Below, one piece after another: positions 53,114-62,959 of a stretch of 64,000 nucleotides of DNA. How positions within the stretch are numbered: the stretch's first letter is position 1; each line of letters begins with the position of its first letter. Made by a program: the position numbers and the translations under genes. The notes under the pieces are model-generated. The model saw only the letters and a program-made list of their open reading frames with translations. It was not told the origin of the DNA and made no database searches. This DNA comes from Alicyclobacillus sp. (lineage in GTDB: Bacteria > Bacillota > Bacilli > Alicyclobacillales > Alicyclobacillaceae), in NCBI RefSeq assembly GCF_023511815.1, contig NZ_JAIMAV010000002.1:7352-71351 (forward strand), written 5' to 3'.

Positions 53114-54762
53114 CCGCCATCCCCCCGCACCTGGAAGAGGGCGTAAGGCAGCTGGGCGAACTCGACGCCGGCGGCCTCCAGAAGCGCATCGTCCACCCAT
53201 CGGGCGGGCGCGAACACCACGCGGCGGCGCCATCCCGGCGGACCGAGCATGCGCAGGTATTCCGGCGTGATGGACAGCGACTTGAGGATCTCCAGGTCCG
53301 GCTCGTAGACCAGATAGACCTCGGCATCGCGCCCCGCTCCGATGAAGCCCCGGCGCCGGTCCATCGCCTCCGGCCGGAACGGCTCGCCCGTCGCCGTGTG
53401 AAACACGTAGCGGGCCAGCTCCTCATAGGCGGGCAGCGTCCGGCCCGAAAGCAACCCCTCCGGGTCAAGGGGCGCTCCGACCCGGTAGAACGAGAACGAC
53501 CCGCCCGTCCCGCGCCGCAGCGTCTCGTCGTGTGCCTCCGGCACTCCCCGGATGACGCGCCGGACCCGCTCCGCCGTGATGGTGTCCGCGTAGGCCTCCA
53601 TCTCCATCAGGATGAAGCGGCGGCACCCGCCGTCCGCCCGATTCAGGTCAAGCACCGCGTGAGCGGTCGTTCCGGACCCGGCGAACGCGTCGAGCACGAT
53701 GACGTCGGGGCGGGCGGTGGCGAATCGGATGAGGCGCTGAATCAACGCGACCGGCTTCGGATTGTCGAACACCCGGCCGCCCAGGATCTGCGCCGCCTGG
53801 TGATGCCCGGTCGGGCGCAGGTCGGTCCACAGATTGCTGAGCAACGGGCGCCGCCCCGGTGGGATGTAGTGCTCCGGCATCCCGGTCGCGGACAGGCGCA
53901 ACAGGTCCACCGGTTGGCCGGTCCGCTGCACTTCCTCGAGGTACCATCGGTCGATGTTCTCCTGTGTGACCGGCAATCCCTGTTCCCCAAGGTCCGAGAG
54001 CATCCGCTCGTAGTTCCGGATGGCCTGAAGGCTTCGCGCCTCCGCCCAGCGCCACTGCCCCCGCTCGGGCGTGATGCCGAATAGCGGATAGCGCATCGTC
54101 GGCCGGTCCGTGCCCCGCCAGTGCCGGTTCCACCCGCCGGGCCGCGGGTCCTCCTCGTCCGCGTGGACTTTCTGAAAGCGCACATCCGGATTCCGCGAGT
54201 ACACCAGAATGGACTCGTAGCCGTTGGACAGGGCGCCGATGGTGTCGAACTGCGCCTGCACGTTCTTCGCGCCGCGCCGGACGACGATGGTGTCGCGGTA
54301 ATTCTCCTCGCCGAAGACCTCATCCATCAGGCACCGCAGGTGGTGGATCTCGTTGTGGTCGATGCTGACAAAGATCACCCCGCCCGGCGCAAGCAGCTCC
54401 CGCAGCAGCCGGAGGCGCGGCATCATCATGCACAGCCACTTGTCGTGGCGCGACAGATCGTCGCGGTCCACCACCCGGCCGAGCCACGCCTTCAGCATGG
54501 GTGCGTTGACATTGTCGTTGTACACCCACGACTCGGTGCCCGTGTTGTACGGCGGATCGATGTACACCACGTCGACGCGTTCCCGGTACTGCGGGAGCAG
54601 CGACTTGAGCGCCGCCAGGTTGTCCCCGTGGATGATCAAGTTGTCCTCGAGACACACCCGATCCGTCAAACTCCGCTCCGGCACCGGGATGAGTTCGTGG
54701 AAGGGCACGGTGAGGTGATGGCTCTGAACAAACGATTTCCCTTTGAATTGAAGCGTCGGCAT
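53110..54762 (-). CDS. Site-specific DNA methyltransferase, beta-class (Type III Mod-like; DPPY implies N6-adenine or N4-cytosine)
   Basis: Motif IV IDPPYN precedes motif I DAFAGSGTT (beta-class order). GGAGGAG RBS 7 nt before the ATG at 54762. Confidence 0.9.
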   Translation of the reverse strand: MPTLQFKGKSFVQSHHLTVPFHELIPVPERSLTDRVCLEDNLIIHGDNLAALKSLLPQYRERVDVVYIDPPYNTGTESWVYNDNVNAPMLKAWLGRVVDRDDLSRHDKWLCMMMPRLRLLRELLAPGGVIFVSIDHNEIHHLRCLMDEVFGEENYRDTIVVRRGAKNVQAQFDTIGALSNGYESILVYSRNPDVRFQKVHADEEDPRPGGWNRHWRGTDRPTMRYPLFGITPERGQWRWAEARSLQAIRNYERMLSDLGEQGLPVTQENIDRWYLEEVQRTGQPVDLLRLSATGMPEHYIPPGRRPLLSNLWTDLRPTGHHQAAQILGGRVFDNPKPVALIQRLIRFATARPDVIVLDAFAGSGTTAHAVLDLNRADGGCRRFILMEMEAYADTITAERVRRVIRGVPEAHDETLRRGTGGSFSFYRVGAPLDPEGLLSGRTLPAYEELARYVFHTATGEPFRPEAMDRRRGFIGAGRDAEVYLVYEPDLEILKSLSITPEYLRMLGPPGWRRRVVFAPARWVDDALLEAAGVEFAQLPYALFQVRGDGG

Positions 54763-54861
54763 CCCGCCACTCCTCCGGCACCGGGTAGCCTTTCGGCCGT
54801 CCCCGCCTTTCGGCTGGCCCCTGGCCTCAGATCCCTTCTCGCATCCGTGGCTTGTAATAGG

Positions 54862-54890
54862 ATTGTATCCGTTTGCAGAATTCGGGACAA
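54862..54890 (-). promoter_or_regulatory. SigA-type promoter candidate for mod-res (-35 TTGTCC, 17 bp, -10 TACAAT)
   Basis: AT-rich island about 100 nt upstream of the mod ATG and downstream of the fad operon terminator. Confidence 0.45.
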
Positions 54891-54935
54891 CGGCCCCTCG
54901 TCCGTCGCTCCATCCGCCGAGTCCTCAAAGGAGCG

Positions 54936-54973
54936 TAAAAAGGCCGTGTCCACGAGGATGTCGTGGACACGGC
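54936..54973 (-). terminator. Rho-independent terminator of the fadN-fadA-fadE operon (13-bp perfect stem then CTTTTT on the minus strand)
   Basis: GCCGTGTCCACGA-ggatg-TCGTGGACACGGC at 54943-54973, preceded on the plus strand by AAAAAG. Confidence 0.8.
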
Positions 54974-55129
54974 GCAGGTTCTCACACCCCATCACGGGCC
55001 CGGCGACAGCCGGTGCGCCTCCATTCGCAGAACCGGGGCCCGGCGTCCGACGCACAGGCCACAGGTGCGGTGCAGAGGCCGGGGGCCGACGGCTTGATCC
55101 TGAGGATGGCCCGGGGTCATCCAGGCCCG

Positions 55130-56902
55130 TCAGGCCTGGTACGCCTCCGCCTCCAGCACCCGCTGGGCGATGCGGCGTTTGATCAATTTCTGATTGACCG
55201 GCTGCACCCGGGTCAACTTGCGCAGGACCGCCAGCTGCGTGCGCAGGGTGTCGCCCTCCTCCATCGCGGAGAGCACCCGCTTCGCCCGGGCTTCGATGCG
55301 GTCGAACGCCTCCCGGGCGTACACCTGGACCATGTCGACCTTGTTGGTCGCATCCTGCCCCTTCTCGAGGGCCTTCTTTGTCCGCAACAACGCGCTCTCG
55401 AGGGCGTAGATCTCGATGATGATGTCCGCGAGATCGGAGAGGATCTCCTGCTCCTCCTTGAGCGCCTGCATGTATTTCTGCACCGCGAGCCCGCCCGTGA
55501 ACAGGAACACCTTTTTCGCCATCTCGAGGATGTGGGTCTCCGCACCGAGCGGCGCCGACTCATCCGGCAGCGGGAGCATGCCCATCAGCTCCTGCTGCAG
55601 CCCCTGGGCGGCCTGCATCAGCGGCAGCTCGCCCTTGAGCGCCTTGCGCAGGAGCATGTCGGGGATGAGCAGCCGGTTGATCTCATTGGTCCCTTCGAAG
55701 ATACGGTTGATGCGCGAGTCGCGGTACATGCGTTCAATCGGGTACTCCTGGATGAATCCGTATCCGCCGTGAATCTGAACCCCCTCGTCCACGACGAAGT
55801 CGAGGGCCTCGGACGCGTACACCTTGTTGACCGAGCATTCCAGCGCGTACTCCGCGATGGCCTTGGCGGCGCTGGCGCCGTCCACCCGGCCGCCGAGGGA
55901 TTCCAACTGCCGGTCGATGTCGCCCGTCGCCCGATACGCCATGCTCTCGGTGACGTAGCCGCGGATGTTCATGTCGGCGATCTTCTGTTGGATCAGCGGG
56001 AAGTTGGCAATCGGCGTGCCGAACTGTTTGCGCGACTTCGCGTAGCGCACCGCCGTCTGCAGCGCCGCCTTGATCCCGCCGACGCACCCCACCGCGAGCT
56101 TGTAGCGGCCGATGTTCAGGATGTTGAAGGCAATCAGGTGGCCCTTGCCCGGCTCACCCAGCAGATTCTCGACCGGCACCGGCACGTCCTCGAGGATCAG
56201 CGGCCGGGTCGAGGACGCCTTGATGCCCATCTTCTTCTCCTCCGGCCCGGTGGAGACACCCGGGAAGCTACGCTCGACGATGAACGCCGAGAACTTCTCC
56301 CCGTCAATCTTCGCGTACACCACGAACACATCGGCGAATCCGGAGTTGGTGATGAACTGCTTCGTCCCGTTGAGGATGTAGAACTTGCCGTCCTCCGACA
56401 GCCGGGCGGTGGTCTTGGCACCGAGCGCGTCCGATCCGGAGCCCGGTTCGGTCAGCGCGTAGGCGGCGATCCACTCGCCGGACGCCAGCTTCGGCAGATA
56501 TTTGCGCCGCTGGGCGTCATTGCCGAAGAACACAATCGGCAGCGTGCCGATGCCCGTGTGCGCCCCGTGGCTGAGGGCGAACGAACCGCCCCAGGTCATG
56601 TTCTCCGCAATCAGCGCGGAGCTGACCTTGTCGAGTCCGAGCCCGTCGTACTCCTCCGGCACGTCCGCGGCGAGCAGCCCCAGTTCGCCCATCTTGCGCA
56701 ACAGCTGCACCGTCAGCTCCCAGTCCTGATGCTCCAGGCGCTCCTGGTTGGGTTGAACCTCGTTTTGCACGAACGACCGCGTCGTCTCCGCAATCATCTG
56801 ATGTTCCTGGGTGAAATCCTCCGGGGTGAAGACGTCGGACGGCGCCGCCGTCTCAATGAGGAACGCTCCGCCCTTGGTCAGCTTCTTCTCCTCCGTCGCC
56901 AT
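55130..56902 (-). CDS. fadE: Acyl-CoA dehydrogenase (long form, YusJ/FadE-like)
   Basis: ACAD motifs (ALTEPGSGSD, GEPGKG) and a roughly 590-aa long-form architecture. AAGGAGGAA RBS. Confidence 0.92.
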   Translation of the reverse strand: MATEEKKLTKGGAFLIETAAPSDVFTPEDFTQEHQMIAETTRSFVQNEVQPNQERLEHQDWELTVQLLRKMGELGLLAADVPEEYDGLGLDKVSSALIAENMTWGGSFALSHGAHTGIGTLPIVFFGNDAQRRKYLPKLASGEWIAAYALTEPGSGSDALGAKTTARLSEDGKFYILNGTKQFITNSGFADVFVVYAKIDGEKFSAFIVERSFPGVSTGPEEKKMGIKASSTRPLILEDVPVPVENLLGEPGKGHLIAFNILNIGRYKLAVGCVGGIKAALQTAVRYAKSRKQFGTPIANFPLIQQKIADMNIRGYVTESMAYRATGDIDRQLESLGGRVDGASAAKAIAEYALECSVNKVYASEALDFVVDEGVQIHGGYGFIQEYPIERMYRDSRINRIFEGTNEINRLLIPDMLLRKALKGELPLMQAAQGLQQELMGMLPLPDESAPLGAETHILEMAKKVFLFTGGLAVQKYMQALKEEQEILSDLADIIIEIYALESALLRTKKALEKGQDATNKVDMVQVYAREAFDRIEARAKRVLSAMEEGDTLRTQLAVLRKLTRVQPVNQKLIKRRIAQRVLEAEAYQA

Positions 56903-56989
56903 GTCGGTTCCTCCTTCTCATCGGGCCCGCCTCACGCGGGCCCGTCTTCCAATCACCCAATCACCGCTGAATCCCAAACCGCCAACACG

Positions 56990-58171
56990 TCAGGAGACGC
57001 GCTCAATGACGCCGGCCGCCCCCATGCCGCCGCCGATGCACATGGTGACCAATCCGTAGCGGCCGCCCCGGCGCGCCAACTCGTTGATCAGCGACACGGT
57101 CAGGCGGGCTCCGGTGCAGCCCAGGGGATGCCCCAGTGCAATGGCGCCGCCGTTGACGTTCACCCGCTCCTCATCCAGCTCGAGGGCGCGGATCACCTGC
57201 AGCGCCTGCGCGGCGAACGCCTCGTTGAGCTCGATGAGGTCCACGTCGGCAAGGCGCAGTCCGGCCAGTTTCAGCGCCTTCGGCACCGCCGCCACCGGAC
57301 CGACGCCCATGATGTCCGGATCGACCCCCGCCACCGCGAAGGAGCGGAACACCGCCAGAGGCCGAAGGCCGAGTTCCTGCGCCCGATCCGCGGACATCAC
57401 GAGCACCGCCGCCGCCCCGTCGCTGGTCTGCGAGCTGTTGCCGGCCGTCACCGTCCCGTTGACGCTGAAGGCCGGGCGCAGCTTGGCCAGCGCCTCGAGC
57501 GAGGTGTCGCGACGGACGCCCTCGTCGGTGTCGAACACCGTGGTCGTCGTCACCGGCTTCCCGTCCGGCCCGAGGGTGGTCTGACGCACCTCGACCGGGA
57601 CAATCTCATCTTTGAACTTGCCCTCGTCAATCGCCGCGGCCGCCCGCCGGTGGCTGCGCAGGGCGAATTCGTCCTGCGCCTCCCGGGTGACGCCGAAGCG
57701 CTTGGCGACTTCCTCGGCGGTGTGGCCCATCGACATGTAGGCCTCCGGATAATGATCCGCGAGGTACGGGTTGGGCGAGATGTTGTAGCCCCCCATCGGG
57801 ATGAGGCTCATGGACTCCACGCCGCCCGCGATGACCACGTCCGCCATGCCGGACATCACCTGCTGGGCCGCCATGGCGATGGTCTGCAGCCCGGATGCGC
57901 AGAACCGGTTCACCGTCACCCCCGGCACCGTGGTCGGCATCCCGGCGCGCAGCGCGATGATGCGCGCCATGTTCATGCCCTGCTCCGCCTCCGGGATGGC
58001 GCACCCGATGAGGACATCCTCCACGTCCTCCGGGCGCACGCCCGGCGCCCGGTTCAGCAATTCTTTGATCACGACCGCGCCCAAATCGTCCGGCCGCGTG
58101 GTTCGCAGGCTGCCCTTCGGCGCCTTGCCAATCGCCGTGCGAACGCCGGCGACGATCACCGCTTCTCTCAT
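56990..58171 (-). CDS. fadA: Acetyl-CoA C-acyltransferase (thiolase)
   Basis: [10 protein letters not shown] (active-site Cys), NEAFAAQ and [16 protein letters not shown] motifs. Confidence 0.92.
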   Translation of the reverse strand: MREAVIVAGVRTAIGKAPKGSLRTTRPDDLGAVVIKELLNRAPGVRPEDVEDVLIGCAIPEAEQGMNMARIIALRAGMPTTVPGVTVNRFCASGLQTIAMAAQQVMSGMADVVIAGGVESMSLIPMGGYNISPNPYLADHYPEAYMSMGHTAEEVAKRFGVTREAQDEFALRSHRRAAAAIDEGKFKDEIVPVEVRQTTLGPDGKPVTTTTVFDTDEGVRRDTSLEALAKLRPAFSVNGTVTAGNSSQTSDGAAAVLVMSADRAQELGLRPLAVFRSFAVAGVDPDIMGVGPVAAVPKALKLAGLRLADVDLIELNEAFAAQALQVIRALELDEERVNVNGGAIALGHPLGCTGARLTVSLINELARRGGRYGLVTMCIGGGMGAAGVIERVS

Positions 58172-58257
58172 GCCCATCTCTCCTCGGTTCGGGCCCGCGC
58201 GTCCCTTTGGAAAGCGGCCCGGTCATGCTCCAGCACCCGGTGAAACCGTGATCGATC

Positions 58258-60666
58258 TCAGTTGCGCAACGGCTTGCCCGTCTGCAACATGTGCTGCATG
58301 CGCTGCTGCGTCTTCGGCTCGCCGATGAGGCTGAGGAACGCTTCCCGTTCGAGATCGAGCAGGTACTGTTCCGACACCAGCGTGCCGCGGCGAACCGAGC
58401 CGCCCGTGAGCACGCGAATGAGGTGCTGCGCGATCTTTTCATCGTGATCGGAGATGTACCCGGCTTTCTTCATGCCGAACACCCCGATCTTCAGCACGGC
58501 CGCACCATCCTCGCCAATCACCGGAATCGGCCGCGGCGCGGGCGGTGTGTACCCCGCGCGGGCGAGGCCGAGCGCGGCCTGTTTGGCGTCGTGCAGCAGG
58601 TGGTCGGGATTGACCGTGATGCCATCGGTCTTCCGCAGATACCCGAGCTTCTGCGCCTCTCGCGCGCTGGTCGCCACCTTGGCGAGCGCGATGTTCTCAA
58701 ACGCGCGCCGCACGAAGTTGTCCAGCCGCGTGTCGACGGCGCCCTCCGCCCCCTCGATGGCGCGGATGAGCATCTCCTTGTTGCCGCCCCCGCCGGGGAT
58801 GAGCCCGACGCCGACCTCCACCAGGCCGATGTAGGTCTCGCCCGCCGCCTGGATGCGATCCGCCGGGAAGCACACCTCCGCCCCGCCGCCGAGGGCGTAG
58901 CCGAACGGCGCCGCGACAACCGGTTTGTCGAGGTACTTCAGCCGCAGCAGCGCCTGCTGCAGCTGATGCACGGCGAGGTTGATCTCGTCCCAGTTCTCGT
59001 CCTGGGCCTCCATCAGCATCAGCATCAGGTTGGCGCCGACGCAGAAGTTGGGCGCCTGATTGCCGATGACCAGAGCCTCCCAGTTGGCCGAGACCTCGTC
59101 GGCCGCCACCTGGATCATCTGCACCACGTCGGGCCCCAGGGCCTGTTTCGGCGAGTGAAATTCCAGGCACAGCACGCCGTCGCCGAGATCGACCAGGCTC
59201 GCCGCCGCGTTGCCGCGCACCAATCGGCCCCGCTCCTTCAACCGGGCCAGGGAGATGACCTCGGCCGGCTCCTCCACCGCCCGGTATTCGCCCTTGCCGA
59301 TGTAGAAGGTCGGCGCCTGCCCCGGTTCACGCCGGTAGAAGGACGTGCACCCGGTGGACAGGAGCTCCTCCACAAACGCGGGGATGCGATCCCCCTCGGC
59401 GCGCATCCGCTCGACGCTCGGCACAAGCCCGATGGCATCCCACGTCTCGTAGGGACCGAGTTCCCAATTGAAGCCCCACTTCATCGCGTTGTCCACCGAG
59501 ACGATGTCATCGGCGATCTCACCCTGCCGCTCGGCGGTGTACAGCAACACCCGCTTGAGCACATTCCACACGAACTGTGAGGCCGGGTCCTTGCCCGAGA
59601 CCAGCGTCTTCAGCCGCAACGCCGCCGTCGGTTGGTTCTTCGCCGCTTCGAGCGCCGGCGACTGCACACGGCGGCGCGGCCGGTACTCGAAGGTCTCCAG
59701 GTCGAGCGCGAGGATCTCGCGCTTTCCATCCGGACCCTTGACGCGTTTGAAAAAGCCCTGGCCGGTCTTCTCCCCGAGCCACCGGTTGGCGACCATCCGC
59801 TCGAGGTACGGCGGGATGGCGAAGGTCTCCTTCTCCGCCGGATCGGCCACCGAGGCGCGGACGTTGTTGGCCACGTGGACGAAGGTGTCCAGTCCGACGA
59901 GGTCCAGGGTACGGAAGGTGGCGCTCTTCGGACGTCCCATGACCGGGCCGGTGAGGGCGTCCACCTCGTCGACCCCAAGGCCAAACTTGTTCATCTCGTC
60001 GAGGGTCACCATCAAACCGTATGTGCCGATTCGGTTGGCGATGAAATTCGGCGTGTCCTTGGCGAGCACCACGCCTTTGCCGAGCACGCGCTCGCCGAAG
60101 CGCCGCATGAACGAGACGATCTCCGGGTCGGTGTCCGGCCCCGGGATGATCTCGAGCAGCTTCATGTAGCGCGGCGGATTGAAAAAGTGCGTGCCGAGGA
60201 AGCGGCGCCGGAAGTCCTCGCCGCGCTCCGCCGCCATCGATGCGATGGAGATGCCGGAGGTGTTGGAGCTGATCACCGCGTCCGGCCGGACGACGGGTTC
60301 CAGCTTCGCAAAAAGCGCTTTCTTGGCGTCCAAATTTTCGACGATAGCCTCAATCACCCAGTCACACGCCGCCAGGCGCCCGAGGTCGTCCTCCAGGTTC
60401 CCGGTCTCAATCTTCGCCGCGTCCTCCTCCGTGTAAAAGGAGGCCGGCTTGGCGCGCAGCGCGGCCTGCAACCCGCGGTTGACGATGCGGTTGCGCACGG
60501 CCTTGGACGAGAGCGTCAGTCCCCTCTTCGCCTCGTCTTCCGTCAGTTCGCCGGGCGCGATGTCCAACAGGACGACGGACAGGCCCACGTTGGCCAGGTG
60601 CGCCGCGATGGCCGCACCCATCACGCCGGCGCCGATGACGCCCACCTTGCGTATCTTGCGGGTCAA
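58258..60666 (-). CDS. fadN: 3-hydroxyacyl-CoA dehydrogenase / enoyl-CoA hydratase fusion (YusL/FadN-like)
   Basis: N-terminal VGVIGAGVMGAAIA Rossmann motif, C-terminal crotonase region (AAPFGYALGGGAEV). TTG start after GGAGGAG. Confidence 0.92.
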   Translation of the reverse strand: MTRKIRKVGVIGAGVMGAAIAAHLANVGLSVVLLDIAPGELTEDEAKRGLTLSSKAVRNRIVNRGLQAALRAKPASFYTEEDAAKIETGNLEDDLGRLAACDWVIEAIVENLDAKKALFAKLEPVVRPDAVISSNTSGISIASMAAERGEDFRRRFLGTHFFNPPRYMKLLEIIPGPDTDPEIVSFMRRFGERVLGKGVVLAKDTPNFIANRIGTYGLMVTLDEMNKFGLGVDEVDALTGPVMGRPKSATFRTLDLVGLDTFVHVANNVRASVADPAEKETFAIPPYLERMVANRWLGEKTGQGFFKRVKGPDGKREILALDLETFEYRPRRRVQSPALEAAKNQPTAALRLKTLVSGKDPASQFVWNVLKRVLLYTAERQGEIADDIVSVDNAMKWGFNWELGPYETWDAIGLVPSVERMRAEGDRIPAFVEELLSTGCTSFYRREPGQAPTFYIGKGEYRAVEEPAEVISLARLKERGRLVRGNAAASLVDLGDGVLCLEFHSPKQALGPDVVQMIQVAADEVSANWEALVIGNQAPNFCVGANLMLMLMEAQDENWDEINLAVHQLQQALLRLKYLDKPVVAAPFGYALGGGAEVCFPADRIQAAGETYIGLVEVGVGLIPGGGGNKEMLIRAIEGAEGAVDTRLDNFVRRAFENIALAKVATSAREAQKLGYLRKTDGITVNPDHLLHDAKQAALGLARAGYTPPAPRPIPVIGEDGAAVLKIGVFGMKKAGYISDHDEKIAQHLIRVLTGGSVRRGTLVSEQYLLDLEREAFLSLIGEPKTQQRMQHMLQTGKPLRN

Positions 60667-60695
60667 GGTCTCTCCTCCTCGAACCGGCCGCTCGA

Positions 60696-60709
60696 ACCGA
60701 CCAGTCGGT
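60696..60709. promoter_or_regulatory. Perfect palindrome ACCGAC-CA-GTCGGT in the fadN 5' leader, candidate FadR/TetR-type operator
   Basis: Lies between the AT-rich promoter-like island (60723-60755) and the fadN RBS. Confidence 0.4.
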
Positions 60710-60874
60710 AGATTGATCGACTTTTATGATATCAGAACCATCTTCATTTCAACAAGCCCCGAGAGGGGCCGGCCGCGCGTGATCGCTCGATCGATCGCGC
60801 GGAGCGGCCCACCCGCGAGAGGCGCCGGGCGGGGATGACGCATCCCGGCGCGCCGCGCGGACCGGGGCGCCGGG

Positions 60875-61816
60875 TCACGCCTGCGGCAGGGCCTCGTAGT
60901 TGCGGAATTTCTCAATCGCCTCCGCGAACGCCGCCGCAAGGCGGTCCGTCACCGGTGTGGCACCCGGCCGCCGCCACAGATCAATCGGTTGGGTCACCGG
61001 CGGCAGGAGGGTCTCCGGCGCCGCATCCGGCAGCGCGTCGAGCGCCGGCCGCACAGAGGCATCCACGAACACGCGGGCGATGGGCAGGATCTCCTGCGTG
61101 GTGCTAGTGACGAACACCTCCTCCACCTCGCCGAGGCGCGACAGCGGGATCGCCTCCTCAATCACCGGAACCCCGGCCTCCCGCGCCAGCCGAAGGACGA
61201 ATTGACGCGTGATCCCGCCGAGGATGCGGCGGTTCGCCGGATGCGTGTGGACCTTGCCGCCGAGGACAAACCACAGGTTGCTGCTCGCGCCCTCGGTGAT
61301 GATCCCGTCGCGCACCAGCATCGCTTCCGCCGCGCCCGCGCGCCGCGCCGCTTCCTTGGCGATGACGTTGGGCAACAGGTTGATGCTCTTGACGTACGCG
61401 TTCGGCCAGCGTTCGTCAGGCAGGGCCAAGAGTGATGCGCCCGGCGCGTGCACCGGCGCGGAGGCGGGGCGGACCACCAGGCTGACGTTTGGGCGAACCT
61501 GCGGGAACACGTGCCCGCGAACCGCCGAGCCGCGCGTGACCTGCAGATACACGCTCGCCTCCGCTTCGCCGCTGCGCCGTATGGCCTCCGCGATCAGTTC
61601 CAACCACTCCTCTCGGGAATGGGGATTGGCGAGGTCCATGACGCCAAGGCTCCGCTCCAGGCGGACCAGGTGTTCCTCCGCCAAGAACGCGCGACCTCCG
61701 TACACCCGGATGACCTCGTACACCCCGTCGCCGAACTGATGCCCCCGTTCTTCCAGCGGCACGTGGGCGCCGTCGGGATCGACAAACTGACCATTGAAAT
61801 ACGCAACCACGGGCAT
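60875..61816 (-). CDS. dat: D-amino-acid (D-alanine) aminotransferase, class IV
   Basis: RGHQFGDGVYEVIRVY, YVKSINLLPNV and THPANRRILGGITR closely follow remembered B. subtilis Dat. ATG at 61816 after GGGGGGAGAGGG. Confidence 0.88.
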   Translation of the reverse strand: MPVVAYFNGQFVDPDGAHVPLEERGHQFGDGVYEVIRVYGGRAFLAEEHLVRLERSLGVMDLANPHSREEWLELIAEAIRRSGEAEASVYLQVTRGSAVRGHVFPQVRPNVSLVVRPASAPVHAPGASLLALPDERWPNAYVKSINLLPNVIAKEAARRAGAAEAMLVRDGIITEGASSNLWFVLGGKVHTHPANRRILGGITRQFVLRLAREAGVPVIEEAIPLSRLGEVEEVFVTSTTQEILPIARVFVDASVRPALDALPDAAPETLLPPVTQPIDLWRRPGATPVTDRLAAAFAEAIEKFRNYEALPQA

Positions 61817-61894
61817 TCGCCCTCTCCCCCCATCGTCCGGCGGCCCGCCGCACGTGGCCTCGGCCGCCGGGATCTCCAGACCCGGTGTAAAATT

Positions 61895-61903
61895 TGGTAC
61901 AAT
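61895..61903 (+). promoter_or_regulatory. Extended -10 promoter candidate (TGgTACAAT) for hit
   Basis: Sits in the only AT-rich patch of the dat/hit intergenic region, about 90 nt upstream of the ATG at 61991. Confidence 0.4.
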
Positions 61904-61990
61904 GGGAGCGCGCAGGGATGTCCCACAGCGCCACCCAACCCGCGCGTTCGCCTTTGGGCGGGACGCGGCGGTGCAACAGGAGTGAGTCCG

Positions 61991-62335
61991 ATGAGCGATT
62001 GCATCTTTTGCAAGATCGTGGCCGGCGAGTTGCCCTCCAAGACCGTCCTCGAGACGGATCAGGTCCTCGCCTTCCACGACATCCGCCCACAGGCCCCCGT
62101 GCACGTGCTGATCATCCCGAAGCGGCACATCCCCTCCGCGCACGCCCTCGCGCCGGAGGACGCGGCGGTGCTCGGCGAGATTCACCAGGCCGCCCGCCGG
62201 GTGGCGGAGGAGCTCGGCGTCGCCGAAAAAGGGTACCGCCTGGTCACCAACGTCGGATTTCACGGCCAGCAGACCGTGCCGCACCTGCACTACCACCTGC
62301 TCGGCGGCCGTCAGCTGCAGTGGCCCCCGGGTTGA
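61991..62335 (+). CDS. hit: HIT family (histidine triad) nucleotide hydrolase
   Basis: CIFCKI N-terminus and the HLHYHLLGG histidine triad. Confidence 0.9.
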   Translation: MSDCIFCKIVAGELPSKTVLETDQVLAFHDIRPQAPVHVLIIPKRHIPSAHALAPEDAAVLGEIHQAARRVAEELGVAEKGYRLVTNVGFHGQQTVPHLHYHLLGGRQLQWPPG

Positions 62336-62361
62336 TCCGGGCGGCCGCTGCCAGGGGCCGT

Positions 62362-62814
62362 TCAGTCCTCAGCGGAATCCCCCACGCCCGGATCGGGCAC
62401 CGGTGCACCGTTCAACACCAGGTGCGGAACGATGCGCGCGGACAGGGACGCGGATGCCGAGCAGTACTTCTCCTCACTCAGATGAATCGCCCGCCAGGCC
62501 TTGGCCGGTTGCACATCTCCGGTGATGCGGTACGTCAGGTGAATCTCGGTGAACGCCTGCGGATACTCCTCGCGCCGAGTGCCCACCGCCTCGATGTCGA
62601 GGGCCTCCAGGGGCTGGCGCATCCGCTCCAGGATCATCGTCACGTCGATCCCGGTGCACCCGGTCAAGCCCATCAACAGCAATTCCATCGGACGGGCGCC
62701 TTTGTCCTCTCCTCCGGCATCCGGTTTCGCGTCGATGGACACCGTGTGTCCCGATGCGCCCGTCGCCGAAAAGTGCCGCTTGCCGTGCCAGGTGGTGGTC
62801 ACGCGCATCTCCAC
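62362..62814 (-). CDS. OsmC family peroxiredoxin-like protein
   Basis: MELLLMGLTGCTGID and EEKYCSASASL (two conserved Cys). Start is GTG 62814 or ATG 62808. Confidence 0.85.
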   Translation of the reverse strand: MEMRVTTTWHGKRHFSATGASGHTVSIDAKPDAGGEDKGARPMELLLMGLTGCTGIDVTMILERMRQPLEALDIEAVGTRREEYPQAFTEIHLTYRITGDVQPAKAWRAIHLSEEKYCSASASLSARIVPHLVLNGAPVPDPGVGDSAED

Positions 62815-62959
62815 GCCGCACGCCTCCCTTCGCCCCCATTGTACCGCGGCCGCCGCCGCGGTGAAACCAGGACTCGCCACAAAGTCCAAACCGTTCGAAG
62901 ATGGACGGGCCGCCTCGCCGCGGCGGGCGCCCATGCGGCGGCGGAGCCACCCGGCGGCA

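Noticed and set aside
54863-58243. 1126-aa ORF on the plus strand spanning the fadE/fadA region
   Set aside because: It is antisense to two genes with unmistakable ACAD and thiolase motifs. Its translation is Arg/Gly/His/Pro/Leu-rich with no recognisable motif. This is a typical GC-driven shadow ORF.
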